Shown one piece after another: positions 42,623-54,000 of a stretch of DNA of 64,000 nucleotides; position 1 is the first letter of the stretch; every line of letters starts with the position of its first letter. The position numbers and the translations under genes are program-made. Below the pieces are notes generated by a model that saw only the letters and a list, made by a program, of their open reading frames with translations, was not told the origin of the DNA and made no database searches. The stretch is from contig OZ220089.1 in the NCBI GenBank assembly GCA_964291625.2, positions 3,072,001-3,136,000 of the forward strand. Reading direction: 5' to 3'. This DNA comes from Candidatus Latescibacterota bacterium. Lineage in GTDB: Bacteria; Latescibacterota; UBA2968; UBA8231.

Positions 42623-45496
42623 TCAGTCCCGATGGCCGGGGGAGTCCCGGGTATAGCCGCACTCAGGCCAGTTGGAGCACCCGAGGAAGCGGCCGTGCCG
42701 GCCCATCCGGGTCTGGAGCCAGCCACCGCAGGCGGGGCAGGCCTCGATCGGCTGGCGGCAGTCCCTGCAGCGGAACCCCCCGTTCGCCGCCACTGGCAGT
42801 CCCTGGCCGCAGGCAGGACAGGCCGGCTGCCTGTGGCGGCAGTACGGCCAGTTCGAGCAGCCGTGGAAGACGCTCCTGTCCCGCGCCCTCTCGCGGTGCA
42901 CCAGGCGTCCTTCGACGCACCGGGGACAGGGCGCCTCCTCCTCCGGCGAGCGCCCGAAGACGGCGACGCCGCCCCCCTCGATCAGCTCCTGGACGAATGG
43001 GGAAGGGGGGCCGCCGTCGGCGAGGAGGTAGACCTGGCGCCGGGCCCGGGTCATGGCGACGTAGAGAAGGCGCCGCTCCTCGGCGTTCGGATGTTCGTCC
43101 GGCGCCGAGAGAACGAGATCGAGAAGGGGGTCGTCGGCGATCTCTGACGGGAACCCGTGTCTCCCGGAGCACAGGCCGAGGACCACCGCATAGTCGGCTT
43201 CGAGTCCCTTGGAGCCGTGGACGGTCATGAAGGACAGCCGCAGGCGTGGGTACTGCCTGGCCAGGCTCGGCAGGTCGGGCGGCTGCAGATGCCGGTAGCG
43301 TCCCAGCAACAGCACGCTCGATACCTCCTGGCGCGCCTCGGCGTCGGCCGCGATCCTGTCGAGGGCTTCGCTCAACAGGGAGAGACCCTTCTCCCCGGCC
43401 AGGCCGACGTGCACGCACGGTCCGTCCACCTGGCGCGTCGAACGCACCTTCTTGCGGATCTGGGAGGGGTTGGCGAGAACGAACCGGGTGGCGGCCTCGG
43501 CGATCGCCTCCGGACACCGGAAGGTCGTCTCCAGGTCGATCCGCTCGCTGGCGCCGAAGTGCTTCCCGAAGTCGCGCATGACGGCGGTGTCGGATCCGGC
43601 GAAGCGGAATATCGACTGCCAGTCGTCGCCGACGGCGAACAACCGGGAGGTGGGGGACTGGTCGAGCAGTGCCTTCAGCAGCCTCGCCCGTGCGGGGGAG
43701 ATGTCCTGGAACTCGTCGACCAGGATGTAGCCGAAGGGGCTCCGGTAGCGTCCCGCCTCCACGTGTTCCGTCGCCTTGTCGATCATGTCGTGGAAGTCGA
43801 TCTCTCCCTTACCGGAGAGGGTTTCCTGGTAGCGCTCGAAGACCGGGTTGAAGACCGCCAGGAACGCCTCCGCCCGCAGCGGGTCGCCGGCTCCCGCGGC
43901 CCGGCGGGAGAGTTCCTCGAGGGAGAGCTGGGCCCCCTTGAAATGGTGGAGGAAGGTGGCCAGCAGGCGCAGGAACGGATCGATGCGGCCCTGCCGCTGG
44001 AGGACGGCGAAGACCTCGGCCTGGGGGATCGGAGAGAGGGCGACGCCGTGCGCGGCCAGCTTCTCCCTCAGATTGCGGATCAAGGCGCCGGCGGCCCGTT
44101 CCCGGCTGAAGGTCTCGATGAGGACGGTGCCCTTCTCCTCATGGAGCCGGCGCTTCCACTCCATCTCCTGGCGGTACTTCTTCTCATCGACGAACGGCGC
44201 GGTCCGGCCCTCGGCATCGACCCCGAAGTGCTCGATGTAGATCCCCGCCTCCGGGAGATGGAAGTCGGGGCGGTACTGAACCTTCTCCGGAGTCGCCGTG
44301 TCGTGCTCGTAGGGCGCTTCGTACTCGTAGGGCACGCTGTTCAGGTAGAGGAAGTTGGCGATCTCGCACTCCTCCATGCTCCTCACCCTCTCCCCCTTGA
44401 GGGAGCGGATGTCGAAGCGGCGGAGGTAGTCCCAGTACTCCCCCCAGTTGCTGAACTCCTGGTGGCTGCGGCAGGGCGCGAACTGGCCCATGAACCACCG
44501 GAGCACGGCATCCGACACCTTCCTGGCGGCGAGCAGGCCGGCGAGGATCTCCTTCAGCAGGTCGATCAGCGCCCTGTCGTCCTGCGCCGCCCTGGCCAGT
44601 GACGGGCGCCGGCCTTCGGCCCGGCCGATGATCGACATTCCAAGGCTGTGGAAGGTCCGCACCGTCGCGCCGCCGGCCGCCTCGTCCCCGAGACGGCCGC
44701 GGATGCGTTCGTCGAGCTCGTCCCGGGCGTCCCTTGCGAAGGCGAGCAGGAGCAGTTCCGACGGGCGCCGGAAGCCTCTCAGGACGAGCCAGCCGGCCTT
44801 GGCGACGATCACCGAGGTCTTGCCGCTGCCGGCCGCGGCGACCACGAGGTTGCGGTCTTCGTCGACGACGACCGCCCGGCGTTGCTCGTCCGTGAGGGGC
44901 CGCGCCTCCACCCGGTCGAAGAACGCCCGGCAACGCTCCAGCTCCCTGTCGACGTAGGTCTCGTTGGCCCTCGCCCTGAGCGCATCTGGGTTGTCCAGGA
45001 ACTCCCGGACCGCCGCCAGCATCCCGGCTTCCGGAGCGTCGGAGAGGGTGTCCGGCCATCGGCCGGGAAAGTGGCCGGCCACTTCCCGCGCGCCCCCCTC
45101 GAGATCGCGGCAGAGGCTGCGGCCCACGTATCCCGGTGGGTCGTCGAACTGTGCCAGGCGCTCGTGGACCGAGCGGAGGGCCTCGCTCCGGGCCGCGAGC
45201 TCCCGGCGCCACCAACCGGCCCGGGCCGCTTCCAGCGCCTCGGCGAGCGCCTCCGCGTCGGCCCGGGCCAGCCCGGAGACGGCCGCGGTCCCCGAGGCAT
45301 GACGGACCTTCACCCGGCCCCAGCGCCATCCTGCCTTCAGTTCCGCGGAATCGATGTCGCCGAGAGGGATCTCCCCGGGGCCGGACGCACAGATCAGCCT
45401 CAAGGCCTCGGCCTCGACGGTGGCCGCGCGGGCGTCCCGGCTGCGGAAGATCCGGAACAGGACCGACGCGAGCCCGGGCGCCCGGGAGAAGGTCAC
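42623..45496 (-). CDS. helD: UvrD-family DNA helicase IV-like protein with an inserted nuclease-like segment and C-terminal topoisomerase-type zinc ribbons
   Basis: AAAGSGKT, VDEFQD, VGDDWQSI, HGSKGLE, EERRLLYVAMTRA; YRPDF..IYIEHFG; CPRC/CPAC/GCSNWPEC. Confidence 0.82.
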   Translation of the reverse strand: MTFSRAPGLASVLFRIFRSRDARAATVEAEALRLICASGPGEIPLGDIDSAELKAGWRWGRVKVRHASGTAAVSGLARADAEALAEALEAARAGWWRRELAARSEALRSVHERLAQFDDPPGYVGRSLCRDLEGGAREVAGHFPGRWPDTLSDAPEAGMLAAVREFLDNPDALRARANETYVDRELERCRAFFDRVEARPLTDEQRRAVVVDEDRNLVVAAAGSGKTSVIVAKAGWLVLRGFRRPSELLLLAFARDARDELDERIRGRLGDEAAGGATVRTFHSLGMSIIGRAEGRRPSLARAAQDDRALIDLLKEILAGLLAARKVSDAVLRWFMGQFAPCRSHQEFSNWGEYWDYLRRFDIRSLKGERVRSMEECEIANFLYLNSVPYEYEAPYEHDTATPEKVQYRPDFHLPEAGIYIEHFGVDAEGRTAPFVDEKKYRQEMEWKRRLHEEKGTVLIETFSRERAAGALIRNLREKLAAHGVALSPIPQAEVFAVLQRQGRIDPFLRLLATFLHHFKGAQLSLEELSRRAAGAGDPLRAEAFLAVFNPVFERYQETLSGKGEIDFHDMIDKATEHVEAGRYRSPFGYILVDEFQDISPARARLLKALLDQSPTSRLFAVGDDWQSIFRFAGSDTAVMRDFGKHFGASERIDLETTFRCPEAIAEAATRFVLANPSQIRKKVRSTRQVDGPCVHVGLAGEKGLSLLSEALDRIAADAEARQEVSSVLLLGRYRHLQPPDLPSLARQYPRLRLSFMTVHGSKGLEADYAVVLGLCSGRHGFPSEIADDPLLDLVLSAPDEHPNAEERRLLYVAMTRARRQVYLLADGGPPSPFVQELIEGGGVAVFGRSPEEEAPCPRCVEGRLVHRERARDRSVFHGCSNWPYCRHRQPACPACGQGLPVAANGGFRCRDCRQPIEACPACGGWLQTRMGRHGRFLGCSNWPECGYTRDSPGHRD

Positions 45497-46656
45497 GGAG
45501 CCGGGTTGTCGAGGGGGTCCGGCGTCCACCGGGTCGCCGCCACGTGGGTCACGCTGTCGCCGAGGGTCATGTAGTACACGGTGAACAGCGAGCCGTCCGG
45601 GAGCTGGACGGTCCGCGGATACCCCAGGTCGTCGGGTGTGCCCTTGCCGGCCACGGTGCCGTCGGTGGTGAGGCCGTCGCCCCGCAGCACGATCTCGTCG
45701 GCGGTCTCCCAGGTCTCGCAGCCGTCGCGGGAGAGGCAGGCCCGCACGCCGAAGGGAGCCCGCCGGTACCCGTAGCTGCACAGGACCTCGCCGTTGCCGA
45801 GCAGCAACAGGTGCGGAGGGTATCCCCACATGCCGGTCCTGCTGGCCGGGCTCCAGGTCTTCCCGCCGTCGTCCGAGTGCGTCTGGAAGAGGTACTTCTG
45901 CTCCTGCGGAATGCGTTTGCTGCCGCTCGCGATGCGCACCAGCGCCACGACGCGTCCCCCCGGCAGCGCCAGGAGGCTGCTCTCGTTGAAGGGATGGTCG
46001 CCGCCGTCGTACGCCATCGTCACCATCTCCCAGGTGTCGCCCCCATCCTCCGAGCGCAGCACCCACGCCCGGAAGGGATCGCCGGCCGCGGCGCTGCCGT
46101 AGACCTGGTGCAGGATCGTGTCGTCGGCGAGGACACAGCTCTTCAGGTCGGACCCGTTGCGGACCAGGGCGAAGAACGGCAGCTCCTCGCCGCTCCGGAG
46201 CAGACGGTGTTCCCAGTCTTCTCCCGGGCGCTTGCGCGACATCCGCAGGCTGTGCTCCACGTGGATGCGCTCGGGGAACTCCTCCACCGCAAAGCCGCGC
46301 CGCGCGAACTCCTCCCGGCGACCGGGCGGGTACGAGTTCACGGGCCGGGAGATCCGGATCTGGGTGCCGTCGCTCAGCACCGCGCTCCTCAGCGCCTCCG
46401 GGCACTCGCGGTAGCCGTCGTCCTTCCCCTCCTCGAACCAGCTCTCCCCGCCGTTTGGGGAGAACAGTTCCACGTGGCCCGTCGCACCTCCCGCCAGTCC
46501 ACCGGAATGAGAGTGAGCGGCGCCCTCGACACCGCGCGCCAGCGGCGTGTGGGCGTTCCAGTTGAAGCCGACCCAGAGCTCGTGGCGGTCTCCCCGGACC
46601 ACGTTGGGGAAGCTGGAGTACCGCTCCGGGTGCCAGTACAATACCGAGTGATTCAT
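45493..46656 (-). CDS. BNR/Asp-box sialidase-like protein
   Basis: SPNGGESW, SEDGGDTW, SDDGGKTW, SRDGCETW; DLGYP. Confidence 0.82.
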   Translation of the reverse strand: MNHSVLYWHPERYSSFPNVVRGDRHELWVGFNWNAHTPLARGVEGAAHSHSGGLAGGATGHVELFSPNGGESWFEEGKDDGYRECPEALRSAVLSDGTQIRISRPVNSYPPGRREEFARRGFAVEEFPERIHVEHSLRMSRKRPGEDWEHRLLRSGEELPFFALVRNGSDLKSCVLADDTILHQVYGSAAAGDPFRAWVLRSEDGGDTWEMVTMAYDGGDHPFNESSLLALPGGRVVALVRIASGSKRIPQEQKYLFQTHSDDGGKTWSPASRTGMWGYPPHLLLLGNGEVLCSYGYRRAPFGVRACLSRDGCETWETADEIVLRGDGLTTDGTVAGKGTPDDLGYPRTVQLPDGSLFTVYYMTLGDSVTHVAATRWTPDPLDNPAP

Positions 46657-46711
46657 GGGCGTCCGATCACAGCCGTCGAAGATAGCCAGGGCCTGGGAGG
46701 GCGCGAACCGC

Positions 46712-48253
46712 ATGGATATCGGATCGAGGAAGCAGCTCTTCGTCGACGATCGCTTCATCGCCGCCGGCCGCGGGGTGGAGCTGGTGATGAATCCGCCCCA
46801 CCAGGCCCCGGAGCCGGTGGTGACCGCCGGCGCCCCGTGGGAGGACCCGTCCGACACCAGCCTTGGCATCTACAGCAGCGTGCTTGGGGAGGATGGTCGC
46901 GTCCGGCTGTGGTACCACGTGCGCAGGGCCAGGGAGGATTCCGAGCGCAGCCTGGATCAGGCCTGCGTCGGTTATGCCGAATCGACGGACGGCATCCACT
47001 TCGACAAGCCGGAGCTGAACCTGATCGAAGAGGGCGGATCGACGGCGAACAACGTCGTCATCCCCGGCAAGATCGGCGGCAGCTCGGTCTGGATCGATCC
47101 GAATGCTCCACCCGGGGAGCGCTACAAGAACCAGTCGAAGGTCTACAATCCCGAAGTGGCGATGCAGTTCCACATGCACGGCTCGCCCGACGGTGTGCAC
47201 TGGAAGTTCCTCCGCCGCCTGCAGCTCCCTCACCGGGGCGGCTGGGACACGCAGAGCATCATCTTCTGGGATCCCGCCATCGGGCGCTACGTCCTCTACA
47301 CCCGCCGCTGGGTCGCCAAACGCCACACCACCGCCCAAGGGAACGAGAACTACCGGACCGTCAGACGGCTCGAGTCGGACGATCTGATCGACTGGGACAA
47401 CCAGAAGACGGTCATGTGGCCGGACGAGGAAGACCTGGCGACGTACGAGACCGGGGCGCCGCTGGATCCGACGGCGCCGGAGAAGCCCTACGGCCGGACG
47501 CCGATGGACTACTACGGCGCCACCGTGTTCAAGTACCCGGACCCGGACGGCGTGTACGTCATGCTCGCCAACGCCAACTGGTACTGGTTCAACCGCGAGC
47601 CGCTGGTGACCACGGTCCGCGACGACATGGATGTCCTGCGCACCGAGACGCAGCAGATCTACGGGCCCAGCCGCTTCGACGCGCGCCTGTCGGTGAGCCG
47701 CGACGGCGTGAACTTCCAGCGTTGCGGCGGCCGACGGCCCTTCCTGAGCCCGGGGCCCGAGGGCAGCTACTCCTCCCGCATGGTCTGGGCCATGCCCCGG
47801 CCGGTGCGGATGGGTGACGAGATCTGGCTCTACTACAGCGGCACCAACAGGGACCACGACGGCCTCGTCGACCCCGCGGCCCAGGGCCTGCTTTCCGGCA
47901 TCGGCCGCGCGGTGCTGCGGCTGGACGGGTTCGTGTCGGCCGATGCCGGCTACGGCGGCGGCGAGATCGTCACGCCCGTCGTCCGCTTCGAGGGGGAGCG
48001 ACTGGAGCTGAACGTCGACACCGGCGGCGGCGGCGCGGTGCGCGTGGAGCTTCAGGATGGGGAGGGCCGGCCGATCAGCGGCTACACCGAGGGCGACGCC
48101 GCCTGGATCTGCGGCAACTCGGTGCGCATGCCGGTGCGCTGGGGGAACAGCGGCGATGTCGGCCCTCTTGCCGGCCAACCGGTCCGGATCCGTTTCGTCA
48201 TGCGCGACTGCAAGCTCTACGCCTTTCAGTTCGTCGGATCGACGGCCTCGTGA
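46712..48253 (+). CDS. Five-bladed beta-propeller glycoside-hydrolase-like protein (GH32/43/130-like)
   Basis: QLFVDD, YAESTDGIHF, SPDGVHW, WDTQ, SRDGVNF, LRLDGFVS, KLYAFQF. Confidence 0.7.
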   Translation: MDIGSRKQLFVDDRFIAAGRGVELVMNPPHQAPEPVVTAGAPWEDPSDTSLGIYSSVLGEDGRVRLWYHVRRAREDSERSLDQACVGYAESTDGIHFDKPELNLIEEGGSTANNVVIPGKIGGSSVWIDPNAPPGERYKNQSKVYNPEVAMQFHMHGSPDGVHWKFLRRLQLPHRGGWDTQSIIFWDPAIGRYVLYTRRWVAKRHTTAQGNENYRTVRRLESDDLIDWDNQKTVMWPDEEDLATYETGAPLDPTAPEKPYGRTPMDYYGATVFKYPDPDGVYVMLANANWYWFNREPLVTTVRDDMDVLRTETQQIYGPSRFDARLSVSRDGVNFQRCGGRRPFLSPGPEGSYSSRMVWAMPRPVRMGDEIWLYYSGTNRDHDGLVDPAAQGLLSGIGRAVLRLDGFVSADAGYGGGEIVTPVVRFEGERLELNVDTGGGGAVRVELQDGEGRPISGYTEGDAAWICGNSVRMPVRWGNSGDVGPLAGQPVRIRFVMRDCKLYAFQFVGSTAS

Positions 48254-48321
48254 CGGGTCCTCGGGCTCTCGACGCCCGGGGCACGAGCAGGCCGGGGGGG
48301 TACCGTATATTTGGTGCAATC

Positions 48322-49872
48322 ATGGATGCGATGTCCCCCATGAGAGTGGAACCCTGGCGTGCCTGCCGCGGCTGGTTCCTGGCGCCGGTCGCCGTTGCCT
48401 GTTGCATCTCCGCTTGCTCCCTCGCCCCGAAGCAGACCCCCCCGACTCTCGAAGCGGTCGAGGAGTTGCCGGCCGGGTTTGCCGGCAGCGAGGCCGCCGG
48501 CCCGCACGAGCCGCTGCAGTGGTGGAAGAGCTTCGCGGACCCGGCCCTCGACCGCGTGATCGCGGCGGCCCTCGCCTCGAACTTCGACCTGGCCGAGGCG
48601 GTCGCCCGGGTCGATCAGGCCCGGGAGCGGGAACGCATCGCCAAAGCCTCGGCCTTCCCCTTCCTTCAGCCCTCCGTCGCCGTCAGCGACTCCGACACAC
48701 CTACCAACGCCGGCATCGGCGCCCAGTTCGACGAGCTGGGGCTGGGGATCGTCCTCCCCGACCGGCTCGGCCTGACCACCTACACCGCCGCCGCGGAAGT
48801 CGCCTACGAGCTCGACTTCTGGGGGCGCAACCGCAACGACGCCCGCGCCGCCGGAGCGCAGCGGCTGGCTTCGGAGTCGGACTACCTCACGGCCCGCATG
48901 GGGGTGCTGGCCGAGACCGTGCGGACCTGGCTGGAGATCGTCAACCTGCGCCGCCAGCGGCAGCTGGCAGGCGGGATCGTGGAGCTCCTGCAGGACCGGG
49001 AGTCGCTGGCCGAGTCGCGCTATGACCGCGGGCTGACCGACGACAGCGGCCCCCGTGCGGCTCGGCAGAGCCTGCGCAATGCCCAGGCCGAGCTGCCGCA
49101 GATCGAGGCCCTGCTGGCGGAGGCGGAGGGGCGGCTCTGGGTGCTTCTGGGGGGATACCGCGCCGAGCTGGCCGGGATACTGCCCGATTCACCGACCCCC
49201 GCCGCGGCGCTGGAACCGGTACCGGCGGGCATTCCGGCGGATCTCCTGGTGCAGCGGCCCGACGTCAGGGCGGCACGACAGCGGGTGGAAGCGGCCCGGT
49301 ACGCCGTCGGCGCCCGCCGCGCGGAGCTGCTGCCGAGACTGTCGCTGCACGGTTCCATCGGCGTGCAGAGCGCCGAGGCCGGTGAGTGGTTCGATCCGGA
49401 CCAGTGGTTCCGCAACCTGACTGTGAACCTCCTCGGCCCCGTCTTCCAGGGTTCCCGGCTGCGCGGCAATGTCGCCCTGGCCGAGGCCAGGCTGAGGGAA
49501 GCGGCCGCCGCCTACGGGCGGACCGTGGTGACCGCGGTCAACGAGGTCGAGGCCGCCCTCGCGGGGCTGGAGGCCGGCCGCCGCCGCCACTCGCTGCTGG
49601 TCTCCCTGACGGAGGAAGCCGGGGCCGAAGCCGACCTGCAGGAGCGGCGGTACCTCTCCGGAGTGGGCGAGTACGAGACCTGGCTGGCAGCGGCGCAGGT
49701 TCACCTGGGCGCGCAGTCGGTGCAGGCGGCGGCGGAGCGCGATCTGGGTTCCTTCCGTCTCGCGCTGCACCGGGCCCTGGGAGGGGCGTGGACCGCCGAC
49801 GACGGGGAGGCTGTCCAACAGAGTGACGCCGCGGTCGCCTCACCGCCTCTTCCCGCGACTTCCACGGAGTAA
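48322..49872 (+). CDS. RND efflux outer-membrane lipoprotein (NodT/OprM family)
   Basis: Lipobox CISAC; WWKSFADPAL, YELDFWGR, PADLLVQRPDV, LHRALGGAW. Confidence 0.9.
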   Translation: MDAMSPMRVEPWRACRGWFLAPVAVACCISACSLAPKQTPPTLEAVEELPAGFAGSEAAGPHEPLQWWKSFADPALDRVIAAALASNFDLAEAVARVDQARERERIAKASAFPFLQPSVAVSDSDTPTNAGIGAQFDELGLGIVLPDRLGLTTYTAAAEVAYELDFWGRNRNDARAAGAQRLASESDYLTARMGVLAETVRTWLEIVNLRRQRQLAGGIVELLQDRESLAESRYDRGLTDDSGPRAARQSLRNAQAELPQIEALLAEAEGRLWVLLGGYRAELAGILPDSPTPAAALEPVPAGIPADLLVQRPDVRAARQRVEAARYAVGARRAELLPRLSLHGSIGVQSAEAGEWFDPDQWFRNLTVNLLGPVFQGSRLRGNVALAEARLREAAAAYGRTVVTAVNEVEAALAGLEAGRRRHSLLVSLTEEAGAEADLQERRYLSGVGEYETWLAAAQVHLGAQSVQAAAERDLGSFRLALHRALGGAWTADDGEAVQQSDAAVASPPLPATSTE

Positions 49873-49879
49873 AACCGCC

Positions 49880-51078
49880 ATGTCCCGCATTGGCCGTGTC
49901 GTTTCCCGCATTCGCAGCTTCCTGATAGCCGGAGTCATCCTGGCTGCCTCCGTGGGTCTGGCCGCACTCCTGGTCTCACTGGCCCCCGAGCCGGCCCGCA
50001 CCGAGTCGCCGCCGCAGATCCCCTTCGCGCAGACGGCGCCGGTCAAGGCCGAGTCCGGCGCCATACCCGTGTACGGGGGCGGTACGGTGCGGCCGAGCGC
50101 CGAGATCGATGTGGCGCCGCAGGTGGGCGGACGAGTCGCCTGGGTGGACCGGGTTTCCAGAGCGGCGGCCGCGTGAAGGCGGGCCAGACGCTCTTCCGCC
50201 TCGAGGAGGCGGACTATCTCTACCGGGTGCAGGAGGCCAGGGCCAGTCTCGCCGCCCGCCGCGTGGCCCTGCTCCAGGAAGAGGAACAGGCGGCGATCGC
50301 CCGCGCCCAGTACGAGCTCTACTCCGAGCGGCAGGGGGCCGCGACTTCGCAGTCGGCCGCCAATCCCCTCACCCTGAGGGAGCCCCAGTTGGAGGCTGCC
50401 CGTGCCGCCCTCGGCCGCGACGAGGCCCTCGTGGCCGCCGCTGAACTCGCCCTCTCCAGGACCCGGGTGAACGCCCCCTTCGACGGCTTTGTCCGCGAGG
50501 AGTCCGTCGACGTGGGACAGATCGTCGCCCCCGGCCAGCCCGTGGGGCGGCTCTTCGCCGCCGACGCGGTGGAGGTGGTGGTGCCCGTGACCAATGCCGA
50601 GGCGGCCCTGATCCCGGGGCTGTGGGAGCTCAGGCCGGGCGACGGGGACCGGCGGGTGGGGGCCCGGGTGGTCGCCCGGTACGGCGGCGGCACCCACGCC
50701 CGGACAGGCTACGTCGACCGGGGCGAGACATCCGTCGACGAGCGGACCCGCACCGTCGACGTGATCGTGCGGGTTCCGGACCCGTTCGCCGGCAGCAACC
50801 CGTTGCTGGTGGGTGCCTTCGTGGAGGTGGAGATCGAGGGCCTCCGGCTGGACCGCTACTACAAGGTGCCACGAGCCGCGCTGCGGCCGGGGAACGAGGT
50901 CTGGCTGGCCGGGGAAGGCGGCCTCGTGAGCATCGTCCCCGTGCAGGTCCTGCAGCGCGGCGATGACGAGGTCTTCGTGACCGGCGGCCTGGAGAGCGGC
51001 GGCACCGTGGTCACCGGGGGGATCCGGTTCGCCACCGAGGGCATGCGCGTCCTGACGGGAGCCGCCCCGGCGCCATGA
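49880..51078 (+). CDS. RND periplasmic adaptor (MFP); single-base frameshift near 50150
   Basis: APQVGGRV then FQSGGRVKAGQ in a different frame; RVNAPFDG, TRTV, VPRAAL. Confidence 0.82.
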
Positions 51079-54000
51079 GTCCCGCCAACGGCAACCACGA
51101 GGAACGGCCCGGACCGCTCGCCTACATGGCGGGCAACGGAGTGGCCGCCAATCTGCTGATGTGGGCCATCATCGCCGCCGGGCTGGTGTCGCTCACCGGC
51201 ATCGAGCGGGAAGCCTGGCCGACCACCCCCTTCTACCATATCGAAGTCTCCATGGCCTATCCCGGCGCCACGCCGGAGGAGATCGAGGAGTCGATCGTCG
51301 TCAAGATCGAGGACCAGGTCAGCGGGCTGGATGACGTGAAGGCGGTCAAGTCCGTAGCGGCCCCGGGCATGGCCTCCGTGCGCGTCCAGATGGACTTCGA
51401 CACGGACATGGCCCGGGCCCAGGACGATATCGAGTCCGCGGTCAATCGCATACAGTCCTTCCCGGCCGGCGCCGAACGTCCCCGGTTCCGGGAGATGAAC
51501 AACCGCATGAGCATGATGCGGCTCATCGTCCACGGCGATGTCTCCGAGCGCTCGCTGAAGGAACTGGCGCACCAGATCGAGGACGACCTCACCACGCTGC
51601 CCTCCGTCTCCCAGGTGGAAGTCAGCGGCGTCCGGAGCTACGAGATCTCCATCGAGGTGCCCCTTGCCCGCCTGAGGGCCCTCGGGCTCACGCTCGACGA
51701 CATCGCCGGCACGATCCGCCGCAGTTCCCTGGACCTGTCGGCCGGCAGCATCGATACCCGCGAGTCCCAGGTGCGGGTCCGCACCCTCGGCCAGAACTAC
51801 GACCAGCAGGACTTCGAGGAGATCGTCCTTCTCAGCGGCCGTGACGGCACGGTCCTGCGTCTCGGCGACATCGCCGAGGTCCGCGACGGTTTTCAGCAGA
51901 CCGACCTGATCGTCCGGCACCAGGACCGGCCGGCCGTGTTCGTGGAGGTCTTCCGGGCCGACGGCGAGCAGGTGATGGATGTGGCCACGAGCGTCCGGGA
52001 GCACCTGGCGAACGAGGTGGTCCCGGCCCTGCCCGACGGGGTGGGAGTCACCATCTGGAACGACGAATCCCAGGCGTATGAGGAACGGGCCGATCTGCTC
52101 CTCAAGAACGGTGTCCTCGGCCTGTTGCTGGTGCTGATCGCGCTCAGCCTGTTCCTCGAAGTCCGCCTCGCCCTGTGGGTCTCCGTGGGCCTCGTCGTCT
52201 CGGGCATGGGCGCCCTCGCCGTCATGATGGCATTCGACGTGGCGATCAACACCATCAGCCTGTTCTCCTTCGTCCTCGCCATAGGGATCGTCGTCGACGA
52301 TGCCATCGTCGTGGCCGAGCACATTCGATACGAACGCAAGCGGGGAACACCCGGGGTGGCGGCCGCGATCCGGGGTGTGCGGCGGATCAAGGTGCCCTTG
52401 ACCTTCGCCGTCCTCACTTCGGTGGTGGCCTTCGTCCCGCTGCTGTTCATCCCGGGCGGCGTCGGTGACGTGTGGCGGGCCCTGCCGATCATCCTCATCG
52501 CCATGCTGCTGGTCTCCCTCGTGGAATCGCTGCTGGTGCTGCCCAACCACCTGTCCCATCTGCACGGCCCGGAATGGGTGCCGGGCAATCCCTTCGACCG
52601 GTTCTTCGCCGGGCTCCAGGGCCGTGTCGACTCGCTGCTGAACCGGTTCGTGCAAGGGCCCCTGGACCGGGCCCTGCGGTTCGCCACGGACCAGCCCGGG
52701 GTGACGATGGCGGGGGCCGTGGGAATGCTCGTGCTGAGCATCTCCCTGCTGCCGGCGGGGATCGTCCCTACCACGCTGGCGGCGGACGTGGAGGGGGACA
52801 TCGCGACGGCCGTCCTGGAGATGCCCGACGGCGCGACCGCTTCGAGGACCTACGAAGTGGCGCAGGAACTCGAGGCCGCGGGCCACCGGGTCATCGAGCG
52901 GCTCTCGCGCGGCCGGCCCGGGGACGCGCCGCCGCTGCTGACCGGGGTCACGTTGACCGTGGGCCTGGGCTCGAGACTCGAGGGCGGGCTCAACCCGGAG
53001 CCAACCCTGAATCCGCAAGCCAATATCGCCACCATCGAGTTCAAGCTCCTGGGAGCCCAACAGAGGGAGATCTCCACCGGGGAGGTGGTGCAGGCGTGGC
53101 GGGAGGAGGTGGGTGTCCTGCCCTACGTTCGCGGCCTCACCTTCACCAGCGAGATCTTCACCCTGGGCAACCCGGTGGAGGCGGTGCTGTCCCATCCGGA
53201 CCCGGAGCGCCTCGCCCAGATCGCCGACACGGTGGTCGAGGGCCTCCGGGGAGTGGGAGGCGTCTACGACATCCGGTCGGACCACACTCCCGGCATCCCG
53301 GAATTCCAACTGGAGTTGCGGCCGGAAGCGCGGACCCTCGGTCTCACGGTGCAGGAGCTGGCGGGGCAGGCGCGCGCCGCCTTCTTCGGCGCCGAGGCCG
53401 TCCGGGTGCAGCGCGGCCGGGAAGAGGTGCGGGTCTACGTGCGTCTGCCCGGGGAAGAGCGGAACTCCATCACCGATGTCGAAGGCTACCTGGTGCGCAC
53501 GCCGGGGGGGGCCGAGGTCCCGGTCATCAGCGTCGCCTCCGTGAACCCGGGGGTGTCGCCCACGGCGGTCCGGCGCAGGGATGGCCAGCGCGTCGTCACG
53601 GTCACCGCCGACGTGGACCCTTCGGTGATCTCCGGCGACGAAGCCAACGAGATCCTGGCCAGTTCGATCCTCGCGGACCTGACCGCCGTGTACCCGGCCC
53701 TGACATACACGTTCGGTGGGGAACAGCAGCAGCAGCTGGAGTCCCTGGACGCGCTCTACCGCGGCTTTGCCGTCGCCCTGATCATGATCTTCGCGCTCCT
53801 CGCCATCCCCCTCCGCTCGTATACCAAGCCGTTCATCATCATGGCCGTGATCCCCTTCGGCTTCATCGGCGTGATCCTGGGCCACTGGATCCTGGGAGTC
53901 GCCCTGAGCGCCGTCTCCTTCATGGGGATCTTCGGTCTGAGCGGGGTGGTGGTGAACGATTCCCTGGTCATGATCGATTTCATCGATCAGAAACTCGGGG

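Noticed and set aside
42623-46405. 1260-aa helicase and similar N-terminally extended ORFs (27756-29798, 54407-57379, 37491-39068) as fusion proteins
   Set aside because: Extensions overlap the upstream gene in another frame; true starts are coupled to or just after upstream stop codons
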